From contig RSEE01000023.1 of the NCBI GenBank assembly GCA_003971905.1, forward strand, positions 248,001 through 312,000: DNA of 64,000 nt, written 5' to 3'. A program made the translations under genes and the position numbers. The first letter of the stretch is position 1, and each line of letters opens with the position of its first letter. Source of the DNA: Moniliella sp. 'wahieum' (lineage: Eukaryota). This document shows positions 23,101 through 34,449 of this stretch, in pieces. The notes under the pieces are model-generated. The model had not been told where the DNA came from and ran no database searches. It saw only the letters and a program-made list of their open reading frames with translations.

Positions 23101-23915
23101 CAATCTGAACCGTTGAGCGTCTTGAGCAGGTGCTGTCGGCTCTTCTCCCACACCTAATCCTCCCCGCCCACGCAAGTGCCCAGGACCACCAGCCCATCCT
23201 CCCGGATTTGGGCCCGTTCCCGTCCGATGCACGTGCGAAGGTTGAGTGCGAGGCCTCGCGATCCTGATCGCTCGAACTATGCCGGTGGCACACAGGGGTA
23301 GTTCAGCCCCCCACAGGCGATGTGGGGCGGATCCCAACCCGAAGCAGGGCCATGGCAGATACACCTGGTGGGCAGGACAAATGTGCGGATCAAAGCGGAC
23401 AAGTCATGTTGGTCCAAATCCAACGGCAACTTTCCGGTGCATCGGACAGGGGGGTGCCTGGCGGAGCGACACGCGCTGCATGGGTGGTAAGATGAGTGCG
23501 GCTGGTGGTGGTGCCAAAGGCTGTGGCCCAACGGAGTTTCAACTCGTTCGCCTCTCCAAATCTAACCCTACTCTTCGTATCTATGACCAACCCTCCTCTC
23601 CAGCGTGGAACGGCCACTCTGCACTTGGTATATACTCTCCCGCATTGAATCAACGCCTTGTCATGGTAACCACGGCCTTGGCATTCCGTTCGAATAGCTC
23701 CACCACCAAGGAGACGCAGTCAGCCGGCGTGATGGCAAGCTTTCTTGGCAGCGGAACCACGATGGACGCCCCACCACAGCCGACGCTCGGGCCGACACAA
23801 AACTGATCCAAAAGGGGGTCAACACCCCACGGGGTAGGGAGAGATAGCGGGCCAATCCATCAGTAGCCCAAACTTGGTGGTCACGCCCTGCTCATGAGCA
23901 GGAGTGCTCTGCATC

Positions 23916-24118
23916 TATCAGCAGATTGAGGTGGGGGAAAGGATGAGGGCCATATTCATGGAATGGAAAGAGAACGAGAGGTGTGAGAATAAGAGAACAT
24001 GCGAGTTAAGTCACACGGAGAGAGAAAGGCGAGCACAGGCAAAGGGGGAAAACAGGGTCTAGAACAAATCAGGAACCAGTCAACCTGGTGACTAGAAGAG
24101 GTGCGTCTGATCCCGACA
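23916..24118 (-). mobile_element. Probable solo LTR, family C (203 bp); TSD GCATC
   Basis: GCATC at 23911-23915 and 24119-24123. On the - strand it begins TGTCGG and ends CTGATA, one transition away from CTGACA. Strong purine/pyrimidine strand bias. Single copy in the window. Confidence 0.5.
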
Positions 24119-24282
24119 GCATCCGTCACCCTCCATCCCCCCTCGTGCGCCGAAGTGGGGTTTGGGACGGACGAAACAGGTGTGCCTGTGGCACAGCAAA
24201 GTAAGATGTGCATGGTGTACCTATACTTCATCTACCCACAGTTCCTTCTTCCATATACCCTTTGGATTCTCAACATGCTACC

Positions 24283-25141
24283 TGTTACGGGGCGCTCCGG
24301 TTATCTCCGGACGCTGAGCCCCGCATGTCGTAGACATCTCAGCCCAACATGCGTCAGTCCGGTTAGACTAGCGAGAGAGAGCCAGTCGACACCTTATCCT
24401 TGCTGCGGATATCGTCCGCGGCCCGCCATGGCCGCATGGGCTTATCGGTACGATGCTTTGTACCTATTGCGTCCAGTCTTGTCAGAACCTCCTTCCTGCT
24501 GCGCCCGACTGCGCCGCGTCAGCACCTTGGGAAGCAAGGGCTGCATTCGTCTTCTTTACCTTTCTGGGAAGTGCCCGCATTCTGTCTATACCTGTCATGA
24601 GGCACTTGAGGCCTGGTTCCTTCTGCTGTACATAAGCAGCCATGTCTAAGGCTTGCTAGCTGTGGTCCTTGCCGACCATCCTGTCTATTACCGTTGGTCT
24701 CCCCGACTACCAGTTCCTCTCTCGCCCTTCCACCTTCTACCATCCTTACGCTTATGAATTTACGACTTACGTCGAGTGCACTGCAAGCCGCGGTTACTTA
24801 CATCAGTAGCGCTTGCTCTTCTTTAGGACGCTGTCTGTTCCCGCCAGCTACAGCGCACCAAGTGTGGTAACGCTGCGAGGAACAGAGTAATTCCGGAGCT
24901 CCTGGACCCCTTCAGCTGGTCTAACGACCTACGTACACGGCTCCTACCTCGGAGGGTCTGGACTGCGGCCTTTGCACGCAGGCAGCCACCCAAACTAGAG
25001 GGTCTCTCCCTAGCCTCTACACCCGCTCGGTTCAACCAGGATCTGGAGCAGGACCTAACGTACGAGCCACCGATTGATCTGCCCAAGGGTTTATACCCCT
25101 AAACTACAGGGGGGGTCCCACCTCGGGACCCCCCCATGACA
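24283..25141 (+). mobile_element. Solo LTR, family B (859 bp); TSD CTACC
   Basis: Begins TGTTAC and ends ATGACA. CTACC at 24278-24282 and 25142-25146. The 5' part recurs at 54708..54928 (-) and the 3' part at 17480..17770. Confidence 0.9.
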
Positions 25142-26461
25142 CTACCCAACCATATCTATGAGCTACAAACACAACAGCGCAACGATGACGGAGGCGGAGC
25201 TTGGACAGGAGCGGAGGGAAAAAGGGAGGATGGAATTGCGCACTGACGTGTCACGAAGTATAATTACCGCCGACAGATCAATTCCGAGTTCAGCTAATAC
25301 ACCTCCTTGCACACACATGTAGGCACGGATTAGTAGGATCAGCCTTGATTGTCCAGGCAGCAGGTCTCATGGGCTTCACGACTTAATTTGGGACTCAGGT
25401 GAGAGTTTGAGGGGTGCAAGGCAATGGGTATAGCAGATCCGTCCCATAGCCTGGCGGCATAGGAGCCGGAGGATCGGACTGACGCCTGGGGCTTGATCCG
25501 GTCCCAAGTGTAGTGGAGGTGTAGTGTATAATCGAGGGCGGAGAACGAGGCCAACACTGACATCTCCTATGAAAATAAGGCCCACGACCCTAAGACAAGC
25601 AGAACGGCAAGATGCGAGAAGACCGTAGTAGAGAGCTAAGGGGGGGGGGAACAAAAGGTATACATCCAGATGGGAGCAAATAGCAGCAGGGGGAGAGCGA
25701 AAGAAAAAGAAAAAAGGAGGAGAGGAAAAGACGTGAAGCATCGCGAGGACATTAGGTACGTGGTTGATCCAGGGCCCGTGCCACGGCATGCACGTAAGGT
25801 GAACGTTCAACGTGCAGTGCAGCGCAAGGCCCTGCGATCGCGCCCCCCAGCAGTAGGCTGCAAGGGGGGGAAGGGTAGAGGACAAGGGACAAAGGACAAA
25901 GGACAAGGCAAGAAGAGAGACACAGTTCCCGCCCGTCGGGAGGGGTGGACAAGAGGGCGCACGAGGGAGAGGAAGAGGAAGAGCAAGTTCTTGGCGAGAC
26001 GAAGAATCAACAGGGAACAAGGCAGAAAAAAGGAGAAAAAAACGCGGCAATGAAAATGGAACGGGGCGAAAACTGTGGTATCAGGCGCGGATGAGAAACG
26101 AGGGCGAGGGGCGAGGGCGCGAGAGGACAGAGGGGGGGGGGGGGGGGGGGATAAGAGCCACGAATGCGTTACACCTCACGAAGAAAAGGGACCCAAGCTC
26201 ACCACACGCGATGGGGGATGGGGAGCGCTGTCATCGGTGCGGCGCATCACGCCCACTTGGCTGCGGCCGAGATGGGCGACGGTTGCAGGGGAGACTTGAG
26301 CAGCCCATGCGGATGAGAAAGTTGAGACTGTTGTCCGGGGAGAAAGATGGAGGGGGCGGGTGAAGGCGCTAGGGGAGAGAATGTCCATAGAAGTGCAGGC
26401 GGATGTGGAGCTGGCAGAAGAGTAGGAGAGACGCGGGACCTCACCTACGCTAGGCCCGGTG

Positions 26462-27957
26462 CTACACCGCGAGGCGGAGGGGGGAAAACTGTGAAACCCC
26501 CCGCTGAGAGGAGCTAGGCGTGTACCCGGTCCCATTGGACGGTCGGGCGGGGGAGATGGAAGCACGGTGGCTGGAGGTACGGGACGTGCGCGTGGCAGCC
26601 GTCACGGGCGGGCCACCACCAATCGTCGACGAGCGAGACGAACGCGGGGGAACCAAGAGGGGATCCTTGAACTCGGCCGAGCAGCCCGGTTCGCTGTACG
26701 TCCGCACCGGTTGCACCACATGCGCTCGGGGCGAAGTGCTACTGCTGGCAGCACTCAAGCTGTGCCGTCCGGGTTGCTGCTGCGGCGAGGGAAACGTACC
26801 GCTGATGGGAGCCGACAAGCGCCAACTGGCACGAGACCGAGGCGGGGCACCTTCGTCGTACAATGGTGCCACTGCCGCCGTGTCGACGGCCGAGGAAGTG
26901 GCCCGAGGCGAGCGCGGTGCAACGCAGGCGAGGTAAAGGTAATGTTCCAAGTTGGTAGTGGGGTCGTTGAGCGACTTGGTAAACGCGGCCAGCTCCGTCG
27001 GGTCGACATTGACCTTGTAGTTGAGGAAGCCAAACAGTTCCCGCTCCATGTGGTTGATCTCCTCGAGCGAAAAAGACCCTGGCCAACGATGGTCCAGCTC
27101 TTGTTGCTGTACGTGTCGTCACAGATGGACTTGCTGGAGAGCATCATGGCGCTAATGAAGAGGGGGTGACCACTGCTGCCCGAGCGGCGGGGAAGTGCTG
27201 CTTGAGACGCTTGAGGAGATAGAGGGTATGGTACGTCACCTCCTCGGGAAGGCGGGTGCGGTACAGCGCATAGGCGACAAATTGGGCCAGTTGGGGCGCG
27301 GCCTTTTGCGAAGCACCCACCCTGGGAGCCGATCCGTCACGACTCGTGCTGGGGCAGCCAAACAGGAGATTGACAAAGCGTTCGCACAAGAGCGAAATAT
27401 CTGCGGGGGGGGGGGGGCGGAAGAACAAAGACAGGGGGATCACCCGGTCAGCGCTGCTGAGCACTTTTTTTTTTTTTTCTCACAAGCCCCCGGCAGGTGA
27501 CGGTAAAAGAAAGGGGTGCGGTGACAGCCACAGGCGGTGGCTGTCACATGTCACACCAGTCATACCCGATGAAGGCGGGGAAGCGGAGGAAAGAACGTAC
27601 CCCTGAATCCGTAATAGGGATCATAGTCACGCTTGCGCTCGGACTTGGTCGTCGACGATGCCTGGGCCGAGCAGATGAGGACGGCGGGCGCGTGCTGGCG
27701 GGGCTCGAGACGTCTTTTCGGGGACGGCGGACGCAGGCGGGGAGGTGGCCGAGGCGGAGGCCGCGGATGGGTCGCGGCGATGGAAGAAGGTGCGAGCGGT
27801 TGTCGGGGGTGGTGGGCAGCTGGCGCGGCGGAGGCGTTGGCGGTAGCGATGGCAGCCGCTGCTCCGGCGCTGGAGCGGGCCGAGGTGCTGGCATGGCGCA
27901 CGCGGCGGGGGAGGAGGCGGAGCGGGTGGCCCAGGCCGGTACAGACACAGCAGCCAT
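26462..27957 (-). CDS. Pho85-type (PCL/Clg1-like) cyclin; intron ~27401..27600; frameshifted in the assembly
   Basis: Cyclin box across frames: PQLAQFVAYALYRTRLPEEVTYHTLYLLKRLKQHFPAAR, ISAMMLSSKSICDDTYSNKSWTIVGQGLF and EINHMERELFGFLNYKVNV, followed by a Ser/Pro-rich tail. Confidence 0.88.
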
Positions 27958-29143
27958 GACGGATGGATGCAAGAGGAGGGAGGCGCCAGAGGGTGTGGGT
28001 GGTGCTGGTGCTGATGCCGGTGGTAGTGGTGGTGGTGGGGGGGGGGGGGGATGGGCGAGGGGGGGAGGAGGAGGAGAGGTCGGACGGACAGAGGCGGGAC
28101 GGAGAGAGTTAGTTATAGGCGCGTGGGTGCGGCGTGCGCCGAGGCAGAGGCAGCGCCGCCAGGGGGCCGCAGGCAGGCGCAGGCGCACCCTGGGCTGGCA
28201 CACCCACACTGCCCCCGCCCCGCCCTGGGCGCCCGCAGGCGCAGCAGCACGCGCTGGCCGCCCGGCACGGCACCACAGCTCCTGGATGTCAGTGTGCCCT
28301 GCAATCCCCTCCGAAGCTTCTGCCAGGCACTCTGCCAGGCCCTGGCAGCGCTGCCACACGCTGCCTGGCTGCCCGCGCCCTCGTGCGCGCTCCTGCGCCC
28401 GCCTGCCTCCTGCTGCGCCTGCCTGCGCCTGCCTCGCTGCCTTCTCCTTCCTGCCCTGGCTGGGGTGCCCACCCCGCACACCTTGCCCCGTGCGTTGCCT
28501 CCGGCGCGCGTCATCCATCACCCATCCATCCCGCTCAGCGCTCACCCTCAGCGCCAACCGGCAACCCCCCGACCCTGTGCCGACCCGTGCCGCCCCTGCA
28601 GATTGCACCGGCCTGAATCAGCGATCGACAATCGCCGATCATCGACCATCGCCCATCGCCCGCCCAGCCCCTCGACCATCCATCATCCACAGGCATCCGC
28701 GATCACCCATCGTGCATCAGCGGCTTGCAACGCCCGGCGCCCAGGCCAGTGCGCTGGTGCAGTTGCCACCCGCCAGAGAGTGCGCCGGGTACGCCACACC
28801 ACGCCACGCCCCTCCACGCCACGCCACACCCCGCCACCCACCGCACACCGCCTGTCGCACACCCACCGTCCAGCGTGTACCCTGGCGCACCACGGGTGGG
28901 CCGCGTGCGCTGGCCTACCCTGGCCAACCCACGCCTACCCACATCTACCCTGGCTGCTAGCTGGAACGCCATGTAGGCCCTCTTGTTGCAGCTTCCAGGC
29001 GGCCTAGCATAGATCATCCATGCTCCGCCGCGCGTCCGTGTCAGCCGTTCCTTGCCTGCCCGTGGGACGAAGCGCGAGGGCGCTCCTGCAGGCTCCTGCA
29101 GGCTCCTGCCTCTTTTCCTGCTGGGGTGCAGTTTGAACGCTCC

Positions 29144-32100
29144 TCATCGATCATCGATCATCGCACAGTTTGTGAGCCGCATTTCCGGGCGCATGGTGGC
29201 TTGAGCTGGCAGGACTTGGGCCATGGCGCCAGTCTTCCAGCTTGAGCCGTCTGGGTTGCATCCTGGTACGTATGCCGATCAGCACACACAGTGGATACAG
29301 TCAGCGTCGTGCGGAGGCACCCAGCAAGCGCCAAAGCGCGTAGACTAAGCGCTAAGCGCTGAGCCTCGCACACCATGCCGCACTAGGCCCTACTACCTAC
29401 TAGCATCCAGCTCATTCAGACGCCGCCAGAGATCTGATATCTGAGACGAGTGTGGAGGAGCGCGGAGCCTGGAGGAGGCTTCAGCTACGTTAAACCCTGC
29501 CTGCCTGCCCTCGACACGTTCGACATAAATGTGAAAACATCCAATATCCAGAGCTTCCCTTCCACGTCTTCCCCTCCCAGTCCCCAAGACTCACACTCAT
29601 GTCACACTCAGCGCCACAGATCATGTATCACATGATACGCCACATGTCACACGTCAATCAACGTGCTCACGCTTTTGGTTACCCTCTCTCGCACCTTCTC
29701 GCGGTGCCAGGCATTGCACAATGCTCTCACAATTCGCGCAGTTCGTTTTGGTGTGCACACTCTTCAGGAAGATGTTCGTTGGCGGGTCGGCCGTTCTTTG
29801 TTATCTTGGCATCGGCCTATCTCGCGCGCCTGTCTCTTCTCGCAGGCATCAGCGCCTGCAACTCGCCAGCCGCTCTTTTCCTCCGGCGTTGCTTTTTTTC
29901 TGACGGCGCGTTTCATCCGCCCGCGCGCCTATATCCCACCCGTAGACCATGCGTCCCAAACAGCGTCACAGTCTCTCTCAACTGGCCACCATGCAATCTC
30001 CCCACAGCTGTAGAATCCTTTCAACAGCTCGCGGGTCCACGTGATGACGAGTTATTAGTTACTAACCAACTCAGCCGCGCACTCACGGCACTCACGTGCC
30101 ACGCGTCACGCCCTGTCACAACTACCACGCTCTCCTGGTCTGGCGTGGTTTCTCTCCCTCTCGACGCGTTACGCGTTGCGCGTTAGGCGTTAGGCCCTAG
30201 GCGTTACGCGTTTTTACCACATAACCCGTTTCCTTTTTTCAATGTTCCTGGCACTATCGTAGTGTTGGATCTTCTGGCAGGCGTCGGTTGCTATTGCGTT
30301 GTCGCCACACCTCAAGACCTGAGGTTCAGGGCGGAGCCTCAGGCCTCACACCAGTGTACAAGTACAGATAGTTTTTTTACTGATACCGAGTATCGAGTCA
30401 AGTCTGAGGCCTGTGGCAAGTTCCAATCTCCGTCGCGCGCCCTTAGCCTTTTCAGACAGCGCCGCAACAAAGCAACCATATACCCTGGACTCCGCCGTCT
30501 AGGCCGCTGGGCCAGTGCTCAGGGCTGAGGCTCAGCCGCTGCCGCGGTGCCGGGCCCACGTAGCCAGGCAAAATTTGAATGCTCGAATGGGCGGGGGGTC
30601 GCGTGGCGGTGGCGGACTGTGGGGTGTGGCTGCGGTGGGCGCGGCGCCCAGGTGCGCTAGTAGGTGCGCTCTGGTGCGCTTCGTGGCCTGTGGCCCCCAA
30701 TTCAACATGGCTCCACGGCCCCGTTGCAGGCTACCGTACACGTACACACATGGGCGGAGCGCTAACGCGTTACGCGTTACACGTTAAGTATGTTAATCCC
30801 GCGCCCACTACATGGTATGCATGGTATGCACTGTGCATCATGCATCATGCATCAGGTCCCAGGCTGAGTGAGACCTGAGCCTCAGGTGCCACACAACATA
30901 CATCAGATGGGACCGGTGACATCACAGGTGGCCATGCGATTGCATACCGTAGAATCGGGCCGACCGGAGCATTAGGCCGCGGTGGGCCACCGAGTCGTGG
31001 TGTTGTAGCGTACTGGAGGTGGCGTCGCCCGGTGCGTGGCAGAGCAGGGCAGCGCGAGAGGACGGAGCGTGACGCACCGGAGGAGTGTGGCCCAGCATGC
31101 AGGGTGCCGTCGGGACCGATCAACTTGACAGATCTGTGGCTGCCGGGTGCGCTTTTTTGCTCCGCGCCGGGGTATGGGATGCGTGCCACAGCGAGTGACG
31201 AGCTAGTGACGTGGAATGTCACATGTCACAAGCCACATGTCACCAGTGTCACCTGTCACGCCCCAGGAGATTCGCGTCACGGAGACATGTTGAATTGGTG
31301 CCACATCTGTGATGCCTGTGATATATGAATTCCAGAGCCACATGTCAGTTACTAGTTTGGCCGCATCTTCGTGTGAATGATGGTGTGTGTGGGATGGCGG
31401 ATGGCGAGGCAGGTAGGGTGTAGCATATCCAGCAAATGCTACGAGCCCTCGCCTGTCGTCGCTCCCCGCAGTGCGGAGTGCTGGTGGTGGGTGCAGGTGC
31501 TGCCCATCCCCTTTCATCCTCCTACACAATCCTCTCTGGGAGCTCAGGCTGAGCAGCGCTCCGCCTGAGCGCCGCGCATCACGTGCCACAATGAATCGCA
31601 CGCGTCATTGTCGGCATAATCGATCCTTCTTTGCTCTCCAGGAAACCCATTCTCGATTCTCCATTCTTCCAACCTCCGTCTTCGCGCAGGCACCGCGGCA
31701 AGAAGGCGGGCAGGGTGCAAGGCATTGCATGCTCCCCCAGGTCCGAGCCATCATAGCTGGTCACCGGTCACTAGGATCTGTATCCGCGCATCCGACATTA
31801 TGCATCATGCATCAGGCCTCAGGCCTCACGTGCATCAGGCCCAGGTCGATCCCAACATCAGGCCATCAGGTGCATCGGCCTATCAGGCCCTGCCCATGCC
31901 AGGCCTGAGGCCCCTGAGGCCCGAGGCCGGATGCAGGCCTGATGCGCCTGATGCACCTGGTGCCTGGGCCTTAGGGGCCTGAGGCCCCTGAGGGAGATGC
32001 ATGATGCATGATGGAGGGTCGTAATCGATAATCACTCAATTGCTGACTGTACTGTCGAGTATGCTAGCGGCGTCCTGGTCCATCCGGCTATGGAGACCGC

Positions 32101-34231
32101 ATGGATGCTGAAGTGTTTAGGACAGCAGCGCAGGCGATCGATTGCGGGTGAGAGATGGGCGTTGGTGGTAGGAAGTAGGACGAGGGCTATAGTAGGAGAA
32201 GGCTTGGCTTATGCGGGTACGCGCGCCGGAGCCCGCGGAGCCTCGGGGCTAGTTAAGGCCAGACTAGAAGCGCACGGCGATCGGTGAGGCCAGTCACGGG
32301 CGCAACAGTATACCAAGTACTGAGATACTCAGACTGAGTTGCCATGGACTGAGCGAGTACTGGGTGCCTGAGATATGTCAGCCGGAGGTGCGAGGACAGG
32401 ACACATACCGCATGGACGCGCTGCCCTGACTCATACACTCTTGATAATCGTAACGCGTAGCGCGTAATCGACGTAAGATTGGTGTTGATCGAGATTGATT
32501 GGTTGAGCGGTGAGCGCGGTGAGCGCGTGAGCGACAGATGATCGATCGGTGGAATTAGCGATCCCGCCTTCTTGGGCGATCAGTCGATCATATGGATCCG
32601 GCCTTTGAAGAGCTGGAAGCTTCAAAGCCCAGAGGCCCCCAGGCCCCCAGTCCCTCAGGGGCATCGGCCCTCAGGGGTCTCAGGCCTCTCAGGGCGCTCA
32701 CGCGCTACGAGCGATCCTCGTCAGCTTAACGACGGCGAAAACCGTACTCTACCCTACTCTACCGGCCAGCCCCCGTACAAGAGAGCCCATACTGCATAAT
32801 ACTCATCCGTATCTCACATCTCGCAACCCCGATAGGTACCTTTTAATAGAGCGCGTCACGCCTCAGGGCCTCAGGGCCTTAGCTGCTAAGGCCCTAAGGC
32901 CTAGGGGGCTTAATTCAGGCGTAACGCGTAACGCGTAACCCGTAACGCATAAGGCCCGTAAGGCGTAAGGCGTAAGGGATTCTCAGCACGCTCAGCGCTC
33001 GCAACGCTCATAGGGTCACATGTCACTTGTCAGGCCCAGGAAGCCACAGGAGAGGACGTCTCTTGGCCTTCGTCGGTTGTCGGGCCTCGGGCCTCAGGTT
33101 CTTCTCGATTGTTCGACCGCCCGACGTGTCAGGGCCCCTGTTGTCAGGGCCACCAGGTATACCAAGTATCCCCTCGGGCGCGTTAGGAGAGGGCGTTAGG
33201 GAGGCCTCGCGCGCCTCAGGGCCTCAAATTGGGAACGTCAGACTTGCGTACGTTGAACTTTGAGTCCCTTATAGGCCTCGGGGGCTACCGGAACGGTGGG
33301 ACCTGTCCATATATGTCAGCGCATCTCAGCCCATGGCCAGGGAAGGCATATTGGAAGGAATGAACTGGCAGGACCCGGGCTTGAGCTATTACCAGCGCCA
33401 CTCCGCCAGTGTGGGCGACAGGGGAGGGAAGGGTAGAGCTGCCAGACGATGGAATATGGAGGGCAAAAGGGAGAAGGAAAAAGACCGAGTACCGCGGCGG
33501 CCTCAGTCAGTGATGCCTGTCTCGCTTTTGTCCATTCTGTGGCGCAGCTCTAGCAGAGCTTAGTGCTCAGGCTGAGCGCGTTCGCTCTGAGATACAAGAC
33601 CTAACGCAAGGCTTAGCGCTTAGCAGGCTCAAGTGTGGCGCCGAGTAGCGCTTGCGCCTTAGAGCTTAGGAGGTGCCTTGGTACGACGAAGCTTATTGGA
33701 GCTTGACTAGCTCGAAGCTTAAGAGCGCAAAGCCTATGGGACGTACTGAGGCTCCGGCTCTTGAAGCCATAGAAGCTTGAAGCTCGAAGCTTGCTTTTGG
33801 GGTCTGAGGTTCTGAGTTCTGTGGCGGATGCGTGATATACATGGCGCAGGTGAGATCGACGGCAAAACTGGCTGGCGTCGGTACTTGAAGCTCCAAGCTC
33901 CAAAAGCTCGAAGCTCGAAGCTCGAAGCTCGAAGCACCAAGCCTGCTCTGTCCACAAGCGCAAAGCTCTAATCTACAAAGCTCCAAGCTCCGTGTGGCTG
34001 GCACGAGCGGGCACTGTCTCTGATGGACGCCTGGCTCCTCTCTGCGTGGCGCTCAGATGTTTATTCGTCTCACACACCCGCGGCTGATCCGTACAGAGTA
34101 TAACCGGCCGTGGTTAAATCCGCGCCCCCATAGGCCTCGGGGCCTCTGATATGATGCAAACGATGACAGGAGGCGAGGGAGAGGAGCGAGGAGGGCTTGG
34201 GTATACTTGGGTCGCTGCCTGTCACATGTCA
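29144..34231. repeat. Gene-free block dense in 7-bp-period palindromic micro-arrays (TNA-palindrome-TNA)
   Basis: (TCATCGA)n 29144, (TAAGCGC)n 29346, (ACGCGTT)n 30164-30212 and 30763, (TCATGCA)n 30838 and 31805, (TCAGGCC)n 31812, (TAACGCG)n 32922, (GAAGCTC)n 33904-33935, and TCACATGTCA at 31219, 33016 and 34222. Confidence 0.85.
31800..32009. mobile_element. Foldback / MITE-like 210-bp inverted-repeat structure
   Basis: Perfect 14-bp arms ATGCATCATGCATC (31800-31813) and GATGCATGATGCAT (31996-32009). Inner inverted pairs: GGCCTCAGGCC/GGCCTGAGGCC, GGCCCAGG/CCTGGGCC and CAGGTGCATC/GATGCACCTG. Confidence 0.5.
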
Positions 34232-34449
34232 CTGCTCTCTGGTACACTGGACGTGTGGGACACGGACATGCCATTACACGTTGCAGCGTCACCTTCATGC
34301 TCCAAAGGTTGACCAGCCAACCAACTCAACGCGTAAGGTGCGGGACATCTCTCACCTCCTCCCTCCTCACTCCTCCCTCCCACTCACCTCATTGGTTCGT
34401 CAGTGAGCCTGCCTGCTAAGTCTCCGTCACTCTTTGCGTCTTGAGCGTT

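Noticed and set aside
27497..28960. 487-aa + strand ORF, and similar long Arg/Pro/Gly-rich ORFs such as 42597..43511 and 61174..62064
   Set aside because: These are GC-rich shadow frames antisense to or overlapping real genes and their 5' regions, with no motifs.
29144..34231. CRISPR-like array suggested by recurring palindromic repeats
   Set aside because: There is no constant 23-47 bp repeat with regular unique spacers and no cas gene, and the context is eukaryotic.
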